NCBI GenBank assembly: GCA_016783505.1
Contig: JADHWK010000004.1
Coordinates: forward strand, 1-64,000
Reading direction: 5' to 3'
DNA length: 64,000 bases
DNA from: Candidatus Zhuqueibacterota bacterium
GTDB taxonomy: Bacteria; BS750m-G25
Part shown: piece by piece, positions 10,294 through 18,684 of the stretch
Layout of the letters: each line of letters begins with the position of its first letter
Position numbering within the stretch: the first letter of the stretch is position 1
Notes under the pieces: model-generated
Databases searched by the model: none
Told to the model about the DNA's origin: nothing
What the model saw: only the letters and a program-made list of their open reading frames with translations
Translations under genes and position numbers: made by a program

Positions 10294-11100
10294 CTATTGT
10301 TGACAATTACGACAAAAGCTGGTGATCTTTTTGTTGGGGCTGATCTGGGAAATCTTCCCCCCACAGACCGAACAGGGTAGTCCCCCCCTTCCATGAACAC
10401 GCAAAAAATCCCTCAATTCGACGTGAATGTCTTCCCCGATCCCATCGGCTATGGACTCCATTGCTTGTGACAGAACAGATTGAGTGGCCCCGAATAACTT
10501 CTCCAACTCCTCGAGCTTTAATCCCGAGCGTTGGCGGAAGGGCAGAATTCCCGCTTCAAAGAGAATTTCATCGGCGTAAGCGTTTCCGATTCCAGCCAGA
10601 AATTTCTGGTTAGTGAGCACATTTTTAATCATACCCCGGAACTTTCTGATTCGCTGACTGAATACCCCAAAGGTCAGGCTCGGGTCAACGGCTTCCGGCC
10701 CCAAGTCAGGAAACTGGGGTACGGTCGAAAAATCATCATTGCGGACCAAATAGACCCGCCCCATCTGCTGGGGGTCCAGATAGCGGAGTTCCATCCCGTC
10801 GTAAAAATAGATGCGAAAACAGGTTCGTTTCAGAACTTTGTCCTTGGAATTGGCCAATCTCAGTCGCCCCCCCAGCATCAGGTGCATGACCAGTTTTGTC
10901 CCGTAATCCAGATTAAAAATCAGAAATTTTCCCCTTCGATCAACCCGGTGGAATGAACTCCCAATCAATCGGGCTTTAACATCATCAATAAGACAATGTA
11001 GAACCATAGGCTGGAGAACATCAATGTTCTTAATTTGTTTACCTATGATCTTAAGGTTCAACACATTTTTCACCACTTCCAGATCGGGCAGTTCGGGCAT
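10294..11100 (-). CDS. mutM: Fpg/Nei family DNA glycosylase/AP lyase
   Basis: N-terminal PELP, RRGK, GIGNAYADE H2TH motif, C-terminal zinc finger CSVC...CRNC. Confidence 0.85.
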   Translation of the reverse strand: MPELPDLEVVKNVLNLKIIGKQIKNIDVLQPMVLHCLIDDVKARLIGSSFHRVDRRGKFLIFNLDYGTKLVMHLMLGGRLRLANSKDKVLKRTCFRIYFYDGMELRYLDPQQMGRVYLVRNDDFSTVPQFPDLGPEAVDPSLTFGVFSQRIRKFRGMIKNVLTNQKFLAGIGNAYADEILFEAGILPFRQRSGLKLEELEKLFGATQSVLSQAMESIADGIGEDIHVELRDFLRVHGRGGLPCSVCGGKISQISPNKKITSFCRNCQQ

Positions 11101-11179
11101 CTAAACGTCTCGCAAATTCTAAAAAGTTATTTAAAATATTTTAGTGTTATTTAATTCCAATTCCAGAGTTTCTTAAATG

Positions 11180-11280
11180 TTGGAAGATTGGAAGGCTGGA
11201 AGGTTAGTTGTACCCATTCATTCATCCAATTATCCAATCATCCATTCTTCCAGTCTTCCATTTATCCATCATTCCAATTA
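11180..11280. repeat. degenerate 8-bp tandem repeats in inverted arrangement
   Basis: TTGGAAGA-type units followed by TCCAATCA/TCCATTCT-type units. Confidence 0.55.
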
Positions 11281-11301
11281 GGGAGTAGACACTAACATTC
11301 T

Positions 11302-12372
11302 TTAGATTCCGATTTCGTTTAGCCTTTTGAAGGCTTTCATCCTCTCGCCGTGACCGATTTTCGCCCGGGCGATGGCCTTTCTCAAGAATTCAATGGATCG
11401 GTCGTAACTTTCTCGGTCCACCGGATAGGGATGACCGTCCTTCCCCCCGTGGGCGAAGGAATAGCGAACCGGGTCCCGAAAGCTGGGCTTGGCCCCGTAG
11501 ACCAGTTCGGAGACCAAGCTTAGGGCCCGGACAGTCTTGGGGCCCACCCCCCTCATCCCCAGCAGGGTCTCGAAATCCTCCGGTTGGCGTTCATAGGTGC
11601 TGATGAAAATTTTTACCAGTCGCTGCGGGTTGATCTCCTTCAGCCAGACTTGGTGGTGATGGGGCAGTTGTAGGCTTCGAAGCTTTTTAATTTCCAGAAC
11701 TATGGATTCCGGTCTTTGTTGGGAAATCTGTGCAGTGATTTTTCTCGCTTCCCGGCTTTCTTCAGCTACCATATTTAACGGCTTACTCGTAGAGTCGCAA
11801 CAGACGGCGGCGTGGGGTTCGTTGACAAAATCAGTCACCTTTTCCCCCAGCCAATGGTACCTCCGGGCGGTACGGTTTTCCGGGTTCATCCCCTGCTGAA
11901 CCACACACCATTGACCCTTGGGTGTAAAAATGAATACATGGTGGTAGAGCTGATAGCCGTCCTGGAGGGCGGTGTTGTCCACCTTGGCCGACATCCGGGA
12001 TGCGTAGATCAATGGATTAGGATCCAGCGAAAGCGTTTCCCCGACCCGCTCGATTTCAACCGGGGTCTTTCTCGAGGTGCCCCCCTTCCCCCCGGCGACA
12101 AAAAGACCCAAATCCTTTTCTATCCCCTTAATCCCCTCTTTCAGCGCCCCGCAGACGGTGGTGGTAACCCCGCTGGAGTGCCAATCGAACCCCAGCACGC
12201 AGCCGAAAGACTGGAACCAGAAGGGATCAGACAACTTTTCGAGCAATGCCACCGACCCCTGCTCCTCCACGATGATGACGGCGATCTCCCTGGCCAGCTT
12301 TACCATCCGCTGGAAGAGCCACCGAGGGGCTTTGCCGTAATGAAGGGGCAGGTTGGCGATTCCGGTACGCAA
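11302..12372 (-). CDS. DUF763 family protein
   Basis: LPLHYGKAPRWLF, GFDWHSSGVTT, VVQQGMN, YSFAHGGKDGHPYPV. Confidence 0.88.
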   Translation of the reverse strand: MRTGIANLPLHYGKAPRWLFQRMVKLAREIAVIIVEEQGSVALLEKLSDPFWFQSFGCVLGFDWHSSGVTTTVCGALKEGIKGIEKDLGLFVAGGKGGTSRKTPVEIERVGETLSLDPNPLIYASRMSAKVDNTALQDGYQLYHHVFIFTPKGQWCVVQQGMNPENRTARRYHWLGEKVTDFVNEPHAAVCCDSTSKPLNMVAEESREARKITAQISQQRPESIVLEIKKLRSLQLPHHHQVWLKEINPQRLVKIFISTYERQPEDFETLLGMRGVGPKTVRALSLVSELVYGAKPSFRDPVRYSFAHGGKDGHPYPVDRESYDRSIEFLRKAIARAKIGHGERMKAFKRLNEIGI

Positions 12373-12460
12373 TTGAAAATCCCGTTTGATTCTAATAAAA
12401 AAGTTGGCAACTTTTTGGCCAGTTACGGCGTCTAATAGCTAAAAGAAGGACATAAAGAAA

Positions 12461-12661
12461 ATGGAAAAATTATCCCAATCGGTTGAGATCTTAAAGCAAC
12501 GCAATGTTGAATACGACCTCCTTCCGGAATTGAAAGCCCTCCATATTAAAACCGATCTACCCTCTGACCTCCGTAAATATGGGTTTAGAATTTGTAAAGG
12601 GCTCAACGGGACAAAGTTCCTGGTATATCTCAAGGGAACCTATATTGGGTTCATAAAGTAG
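12461..12661 (+). CDS. small hypothetical protein
   Basis: 66-aa ATG ORF with AAGGA upstream, filling an otherwise empty gap. Confidence 0.45.
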   Translation: MEKLSQSVEILKQRNVEYDLLPELKALHIKTDLPSDLRKYGFRICKGLNGTKFLVYLKGTYIGFIK

Positions 12662-12782
12662 GCGGCTAAGAAACCGCTCATCCCGGTCCGAGGCGTAAAT
12701 ATAAACTATAGTTCGGATTTACTAGATCTACATAGCATAGATTTAAATTTTCATTTTGCACCCCGTTAGATACAATGTTATC

Positions 12783-13490
12783 TCACGGGGTAAATTTTGC
12801 ATTTGCCCTTAACTCTGCCTCTTCTCCCCCCCCATCCCATAAGGAATGAAGAAGAATCTCCGTAATCCCCCCCATATTATCAACTACTTCATTGGCCTCC
12901 TGCAGGGCATCCCTTCCAAAAGATGTGGTTATTGCAATGCATTTGATCCCCGCCGCCCTGACCGACCGAATTCCATTTACCGAATCCTCAACGGCAATGC
13001 ACTCTTCGGGTTTTAACCCTAATCCTTTAACCGTCTTTAGATACGGCTCTGGATGGGGTTTAGAATGGGTAATATCGCTTCCGGTAACGATGATTCGAAA
13101 TACATCCAGAAGGTAAAATTTTTTCAAAATAAAATCCACCACTTCCCGCTCGCTAGAACTGGTTAAGGCAAGCCGATAACGCCCCTGAAACCGGCCAATA
13201 AAATCCAGGGCATCAGGGAATAAACGCAATTCTCTGGCAAAGCTATCTATCAGTCTTTGCTTTTTTTGGGTTAAATATTCCTGAAAATCTTCCTTAAAGC
13301 CATGTTCCCGAACGGAATAATCGTAGAGCTTCTTTTCGCCGATCCCCTTGAACGAGGCCCATTCCGCATCTGTAAACCAGATGCCATACCGGGCGAACTG
13401 CTCCTCTTCCACCCGCCTGTAGAGGGGTTCGGAATCCACGATAACCCCGTCCAGATCCAGGATAATAGCTTGTAAAACCGGAATATCCAT
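12783..13490 (-). CDS. HAD-superfamily phosphatase (beta-PGM/CbbY-like)
   Basis: DLDGVIVDSE, KPHPEPY, VEDS. Confidence 0.9.
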   Translation of the reverse strand: MDIPVLQAIILDLDGVIVDSEPLYRRVEEEQFARYGIWFTDAEWASFKGIGEKKLYDYSVREHGFKEDFQEYLTQKKQRLIDSFARELRLFPDALDFIGRFQGRYRLALTSSSEREVVDFILKKFYLLDVFRIIVTGSDITHSKPHPEPYLKTVKGLGLKPEECIAVEDSVNGIRSVRAAGIKCIAITTSFGRDALQEANEVVDNMGGITEILLHSLWDGGGEEAELRANAKFTP

Positions 13491-13586
13491 ATATCAGGAT
13501 TTACTTCAATGTCTCGGAATTTCTATAAATGATATATTCTAATATAATTTTGGAACGACATTAACAAGCCACCCTACGGTTAGGCT

Positions 13587-14750
13587 TCAACGCCCAGCAT
13601 ATTCATCCCCCACCGACCCATCTATGCGTATCATCTTTAGCTGGTAGCCTTCCGAAGAAACCGTGATCAAACAGAAGTGGTGGACAGACTCGGCATAGGC
13701 GGTCCATTCCTTGGGGTTAATCTCATACAAAGGAGCCCCACCCCCCCCGGTTACCACGTAGATCACCCTATTTATGGACCGGGTTCGCTCATAGATATGA
13801 TCGTGACCACAGAATACCAGGTCCACCCCATACTCCTCAAATAAGGGACACCAGGTTTTTTGAATCCCCATCTCCGGGCCATGGGGGCCACATGAATAAG
13901 GGGGGCGATGCAGAAACACAAAAATATGTGTTGAAACTTCTCTGACTTTCTCTAAATCTTGCCTCAGCCATTGGGTTTGCTTACTGCCTTCTTTGAATTC
14001 GATTTCTGAATTCAAGCTGATAAAATGAATCCCACCATAGTCAAAGGAATAGTATTTTTCATTCCCTTCCAAGGAATTGGTGGGAAGATAAAAATGGTCG
14101 TAATAAAGAGAACTCTCCCGGGGATATTCGTGGTTTCCCACCGCATAATAGATAGGGATGTTAGCCCCAAAATGGGTCTTCGGTCCTACGATCTCGAAAT
14201 ATTTATGCCAATCGGAGGACTTTCGTCCGTCGGCAACTAAGTCCCCTACATGAAAAGCGAAGCAGGGGCGGAACCGCAGAATTTGTTCCAGAATTCTCTC
14301 GTGTACAGCATAATTAGTGCGTGTATCCCCATAGACAGCAAAGGTAAAGGTGGACCCAAGAGGAACCGCGGTCCAGAATGAGGCCAATGGCGATTGCTCC
14401 GTTTGGGCTTCCACCGAGTAATAATATTTTCGGGATGGTTCCAGATCATCAATTTCAACACTATGGCGAAAAGCGGGGTTCCCATCTTCATAAACCAATT
14501 CACAATCCGGGGTAGGGCCGTAATGAACGACGGACGGGATAGCCTGGGGGGTTTCCCAACTGATAACGATGCTGGTCTCGGTAACCTGGGATAGGTAAGG
14601 TTCCTTCAAGAACCCCCCTTCTACCTGCCAGGATGGCCCGGAATTAGAGAGGTGGGATTGAGCCGAAGCCCTCGGTGCCCAGAATCCTATCAATACGGCC
14701 ACGCTGAGGATCCACTGCCATCTGATCAACCTAAAGTTTTCGGTTTTCAT
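13587..14750 (-). CDS. secreted purple-acid-phosphatase-like metallophosphoesterase with FN3-like N-domain
   Basis: Signal peptide; YGD, HVGDLV, VGNHE, GHDH, VTGGGG. Confidence 0.88.
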   Translation of the reverse strand: MKTENFRLIRWQWILSVAVLIGFWAPRASAQSHLSNSGPSWQVEGGFLKEPYLSQVTETSIVISWETPQAIPSVVHYGPTPDCELVYEDGNPAFRHSVEIDDLEPSRKYYYSVEAQTEQSPLASFWTAVPLGSTFTFAVYGDTRTNYAVHERILEQILRFRPCFAFHVGDLVADGRKSSDWHKYFEIVGPKTHFGANIPIYYAVGNHEYPRESSLYYDHFYLPTNSLEGNEKYYSFDYGGIHFISLNSEIEFKEGSKQTQWLRQDLEKVREVSTHIFVFLHRPPYSCGPHGPEMGIQKTWCPLFEEYGVDLVFCGHDHIYERTRSINRVIYVVTGGGGAPLYEINPKEWTAYAESVHHFCLITVSSEGYQLKMIRIDGSVGDEYAGR

Positions 14751-14940
14751 TGATACTCCTAAATACGTAGAATTCAGGAAGAATATATAAATTTAGACAA
14801 GGGTAACAAACCGTTGAAACGGTTATAAATGACGTTCTGGGTTTCGATTATCCCCCAGTTAAAACTGGGGGAAAATATTAATCAGTCGGGCGCCTGACCG
14901 ATAACGGACCACGGACATTACCTGAATATGCACGCTCGCT

Positions 14941-16146
14941 CTAATTCTTCCGGGCGACGGCCTGCTTAAGTATTTCTTCAAGCTTTTCTACCCCTTTTTG
15001 CCATGAAAATTTCTCCTCTATTAGCTTTCGCCCATTAACCGAAAGTTTTCGGTTCATTCCATCATCCGTCAGAACCTGGACCACTCCTTCGGCGAACCCC
15101 TCGGGCTGGTCGGCTATTAAAAGGTGTTCCCTGTCCCTCCCGCCGATGCCTTCGGCTCCCAGGGAGGTAGAGACCAACGGCACCCCGCAGGCCATGGCCT
15201 CCAGAGCCTTTCCGCGGAACCCTCCGCCAAGCCTAACGGGAACTACCGAAACCTTAGCTCGGTCAAAATAGGGCTTAACATCGGGCACATAACCAGTCAC
15301 CACCACCGAACCCTCCTGGGCCAGACCCAAGATTTCCGATGGTGGGCCCTGACCGACGGCATAAAACACCGCATCGGGAACCTTAATCTTAATTAAAGGG
15401 AAAATTTCTGCACAAAAATAGAGGACGGCGTCCACGTTGGGTTCATGGCGGAAATTACCTAAAAAAACAATTACGTTTCCTTCTGGGTTCCGGGCATAGG
15501 GATGGAAATGTTCCACATCCACCCCGTGGGGCACCACTTCAACGTTCAAATCGGGATTGAAACCAAGCAATTCCTCCTTTCCCTCCTGAGTCAAGGTCAA
15601 AATCAGGTCCGCCGATTCATACATCCTGAACTCATAATCCTTCAATTTGACATAATAGAGGTAGGCCTCGATCCCCTCCCGGGAAAACCCTTCAGCCTTC
15701 CAGACCTTGTACCGGGCGGTGGTGTAGCACTCGTGGACGGACATCACTTTTACGGTTTCGACGGGAATGCCTTTGTTCCGGTATAGGTATTGGCCCATCA
15801 CCGTGTATTCGGAGATAATACAATCATAGTTTTCCTCCCGGGCCATTTCGGCAACCTTATCCCGATAGGCCTTCGAGTAGGTGGTCAGCATATAGTTGGG
15901 CGTTTTGAAAAAGAGGAAATCAACTATATTCCTCATCGCCCCCCGTCTTTTGGGAAAGGGTAAAAGCTCAATCCGCTGGCAATACCTTTCCACAGTGGGC
16001 AAGAATTCCCGCTGCTCCTCTCCGATAAAGGAGAGTAGATGAACCTCATGATTTTGAGAAAGGTATTTCATCCGGTTGTAGATGATGATCGGTCCCCCAA
16101 CCACCCGGGCGTGGGGAAATTCCTTAGGTAGAAACAGAATCTTCAT
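14941..16146 (-). CDS. GT4 family glycosyltransferase
   Basis: MKILFL start, VVPHGVD, KALEAMACGVPLV. Confidence 0.88.
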   Translation of the reverse strand: MKILFLPKEFPHARVVGGPIIIYNRMKYLSQNHEVHLLSFIGEEQREFLPTVERYCQRIELLPFPKRRGAMRNIVDFLFFKTPNYMLTTYSKAYRDKVAEMAREENYDCIISEYTVMGQYLYRNKGIPVETVKVMSVHECYTTARYKVWKAEGFSREGIEAYLYYVKLKDYEFRMYESADLILTLTQEGKEELLGFNPDLNVEVVPHGVDVEHFHPYARNPEGNVIVFLGNFRHEPNVDAVLYFCAEIFPLIKIKVPDAVFYAVGQGPPSEILGLAQEGSVVVTGYVPDVKPYFDRAKVSVVPVRLGGGFRGKALEAMACGVPLVSTSLGAEGIGGRDREHLLIADQPEGFAEGVVQVLTDDGMNRKLSVNGRKLIEEKFSWQKGVEKLEEILKQAVARKN

Positions 16147-16167
16147 TTTTTCTTTCCCTCCAACGTT

Positions 16168-16405
16168 CGTCGAGGATGTTGTCATCCTCGACACCCCAGA
16201 ATTCCGGAAATTCCGGTGAATATTGAGTACGCCCGCCTGGGGCGAATTTGGAGTGCGGTAAGCGTCTTACCGCATAAAACGACATGGTCGCTTTACTCCA
16301 AAGTTTCAGAATGGAATCCCGATTTATCGGGATGAAATGAAGAACCTCCCCTCCCACGCTCGTCAAAGATGTTGCCCTACGGAAGGGTTATCCTCGATAC
16401 CCCAG
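16168..16405. repeat. mosaic of several REP-like palindromes
   Basis: GTCGAGGATG-ttgt-CATCCTCGAC; TTTGGAGT...ACTCCAAA with internal GCGGTAAG/CTTACCGC; ATCCCGATTTATCGGGAT. Confidence 0.6.
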
Positions 16406-16413
16406 AAGCGAGT

Positions 16414-17628
16414 TCATAAGATTTTGGTTTCTAAATATTTCTTTAAGTCAACATCCGCCCGAAGAAGGGGGATTAACCGTTCAAAACGCTCCTTAAAGTC
16501 GAAAAATTTCCTAATGTCCTTTTTGAACCCCCGGAAAATTAACAGGATATTCCGCACACTAAAGAAGGCCTTCTTAAAGTTGAGCCTTGAAAGATATCTA
16601 AGCATGAGAAGTTTGTTGGTAAGGACAATACGCGGTCTTAGGGTCCAGTCCAGAAAATAACCAGGGTAAGGTTTCAATTCCTTAACCGTTACCGGATGTA
16701 TAACCTGTAATCTTTTTTGTGTTCGGAGCTTGGCCCTGGCGTATAAGAATCGCTTGACGTCCTCCCCCATTTTGATCCAATCCTCCTGTTTCGCCGGGGG
16801 CGGAAGATGCCTGATGGCAAGCTCATTATCCAGAACGAACCGGAACCCCGCCCCCTTCACGTTGATTAGATAGTCAATGTCCTCACCCCGGGTGATCCAG
16901 GGATCAAAGGGGATGCCGGATTCCATAAGCTTTCTGGAGACCACCATATTCCCTCCAAAAACGAGGGGGGTATCCTTAATCCTGGGCCCTTTCCCTATGA
17001 GCTGTGCGAAGGCTTCATTCATCTTTTTCTGATTGTCCCAGAACGGTCTTTTCCACCACACGCTTTTTCCCTGGAATAAATAACCGCCGTAGGGTTGAAC
17101 GTAATAACCCGCCTTGGCCTCAAATTTACCCTCGTCGAAGAACTTCACCGCCTTTTTTAAAAAATTCTTATCCTCAACCACCTCATCATCATCCACCAGA
17201 ACGGCGAAATCGGCTCCCAACACCAAGGGCAGGATGAGGCACAGGTTCCGGACCTGGGAATAGCCTCTTAGATTGATCAGCCCCTCGATATCTTCAATTT
17301 TCGACTTAAGGTTATCAACTATTCTTTTTAAATCGGGGGGCAGAAAGAGAAGGAGGGGATAGTCCCGCTTGGTTTTTGAAATGATAGCGCCCAACTTCCG
17401 GGATATGGAAACGTCTAAGGCATCGTTCACCGGAACGCCGATGACGATCACAAAAAATTCTTCCTTTCCAGATCGCTCCCATAGCACATTCAGGCTCTCC
17501 AGGCATCTCTTGAGGGTACCGTCCTCATCCATCGGGGTGGGGTGATCGAAGATCATGTCACCCGGCTTACTGATTCCCCCTTCCCATCCCCAGTAGGAGG
17601 GAATGACGATTGCAATTTTAGGGTTCAT
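16414..17628 (-). CDS. GT-A fold (GT2-like) glycosyltransferase
   Basis: IVIPSYW, LVDDDEVV DxD motif, FGGNMV, RGEDIDY. Confidence 0.75.
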   Translation of the reverse strand: MNPKIAIVIPSYWGWEGGISKPGDMIFDHPTPMDEDGTLKRCLESLNVLWERSGKEEFFVIVIGVPVNDALDVSISRKLGAIISKTKRDYPLLLFLPPDLKRIVDNLKSKIEDIEGLINLRGYSQVRNLCLILPLVLGADFAVLVDDDEVVEDKNFLKKAVKFFDEGKFEAKAGYYVQPYGGYLFQGKSVWWKRPFWDNQKKMNEAFAQLIGKGPRIKDTPLVFGGNMVVSRKLMESGIPFDPWITRGEDIDYLINVKGAGFRFVLDNELAIRHLPPPAKQEDWIKMGEDVKRFLYARAKLRTQKRLQVIHPVTVKELKPYPGYFLDWTLRPRIVLTNKLLMLRYLSRLNFKKAFFSVRNILLIFRGFKKDIRKFFDFKERFERLIPLLRADVDLKKYLETKIL

Positions 17629-17676
17629 TTATCTCTTATGGAGTAAACCACCACTACCGATGGCTGTAGCTTTTGT

Positions 17677-17760
17677 GAGATTCTTCATCCCGATAAATCG
17701 GGATTCAGAATGACAAAACCAGGGATTGATACTGTCATTCTGAGCGAAGCGAAGAATCTC
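17677..17760. repeat. GTCATTCTGAGCGAAGCGAAGAATCTC-type inverted repeat pair
   Basis: GAGATTCTTC[atcccgataaatcgggat]TCAGAATGAC ... GTCATTCTGAGCGAAGCGAAGAATCTC. Confidence 0.7.
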
Positions 17761-17826
17761 AATATTCCAAATGGCATGGCCAACCGTATATAACCACCGT
17801 CAAAGACGGAGGATTTCTAAGAACAA

Positions 17827-18138
17827 TTAAAACCACCGAATCCGGAAATCTGAAAATTTCCCCTTCCACTCTTCCCACTCCACTTTCACTTCCCAAACCC
17901 GAGCTGCCGGGGGGCCGACTTTTAACTGCTGAATTAACTTTTCAATGTCCTCCTTTTCCCCCTCGGCCAGTGCTTCCACGCAACCGCCCCTTAAATTTCT
18001 GACCCAGCCGGTTAATCCAAGGGAATTGGCGTTGGATTTGGTGAAATCCCGAAAGAACACCCCCTGCACCCGGCCGCTGACCAAAATGTGGGCCCTGGAT
18101 TTTATTTTGCTTATCCCCAAAGACAAAAGGGACGTCAC
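17827..18138 (-). CDS. acyP: acylphosphatase
   Basis: VSGRVQGVFFR, GWVRN, GPPAARV; exact start uncertain. Confidence 0.9.
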   Translation of the reverse strand: MTSLLSLGISKIKSRAHILVSGRVQGVFFRDFTKSNANSLGLTGWVRNLRGGCVEALAEGEKEDIEKLIQQLKVGPPAARVWEVKVEWEEWKGKFSDFRIRWF

Positions 18139-18186
18139 CCTAACGCCCCCGGCTATCGCTAATCCCCAAGTGTAGGCTTAAAAGTG

Positions 18187-18255
18187 TCATTTAAAATCAA
18201 ATTGTTTAATGTCCTTCATTAGATAACGTCTTTTGTTGAGAGTTATCAAGCTCAC
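18187..18255 (-). pseudogene. remnant of a VapC/PIN toxin (internal deletion)
   Basis: GTG start overlaps the antitoxin TGA; reads MSLITLNKRRYLMKDIKQFDFK*, resembling a PIN-domain C-terminus. Confidence 0.55.
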
Positions 18256-18506
18256 CCCATGTCTCTCAAACGTTTCCCTCCCCTCAGTCCGCGAATGTAT
18301 CCTTCGGTGGGAGGCAAGTCGGAGCGATCAGCCCAGATTCCAGCCACCTCTCGCAGGGCCTTTTTGAAATCCTTTTTTTTACCCCTTAGGTAAACCTTCT
18401 GGATAGCCCTTCTTATCAACTCGGCGATGGAGACCTTTAATTGATGACTCAGAATGTTTAAGGCCCTCCATTCCTCCTCCCTAAAATATAACTGAGTTCT
18501 GTGCAT
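18252..18506 (-). CDS. CopG/RHH antitoxin (VapB-like)
   Basis: MHRTQLYF...SIAELIRRAI...AGIWADR; GGAGGT SD. Confidence 0.82.
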   Translation of the reverse strand: MHRTQLYFREEEWRALNILSHQLKVSIAELIRRAIQKVYLRGKKKDFKKALREVAGIWADRSDLPPTEGYIRGLRGGKRLRDMG

Positions 18507-18585
18507 TTTACCTCCTAATAACAAATAATAATGGTGTATAATATACATTATTATTGAATGAAATTCAAGCAAAAACTCAATACCC

Positions 18586-18684
18586 CTAACCCTTCCCGCA
18601 GCAATGCTTGAACTTCTTACCACTCCCCCTCGGGGCAGGGGTCATTGTCGCCGAGGTTCAGGATAGGCACGTAGATGTGGACAA
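18586..18684 (-). pseudogene. 3' remnant of a SEC-C motif gene, paralogous to 23696..24229
   Basis: Reads ILNLGDNDPCP(frameshift)GSGKKFKHCCGKG*; abuts the carB stop codon. Confidence 0.75.

Noticed and set aside
11812-12435. Long antisense ORFs (also 25134..25820, 32363..32908, 42281..42844, 57435..57988, 59964..60608 and others)
   Set aside because: They are shadows of well-supported genes on the opposite strand and have no recognisable motifs.
16124-16366. Short intergenic ORFs (also 23091..23324, 23435..23647, 26145..26357, 46459..46653, 49622..49819, 62038..62328)
   Set aside because: They are translations of palindromic or periodic repeat mosaics.
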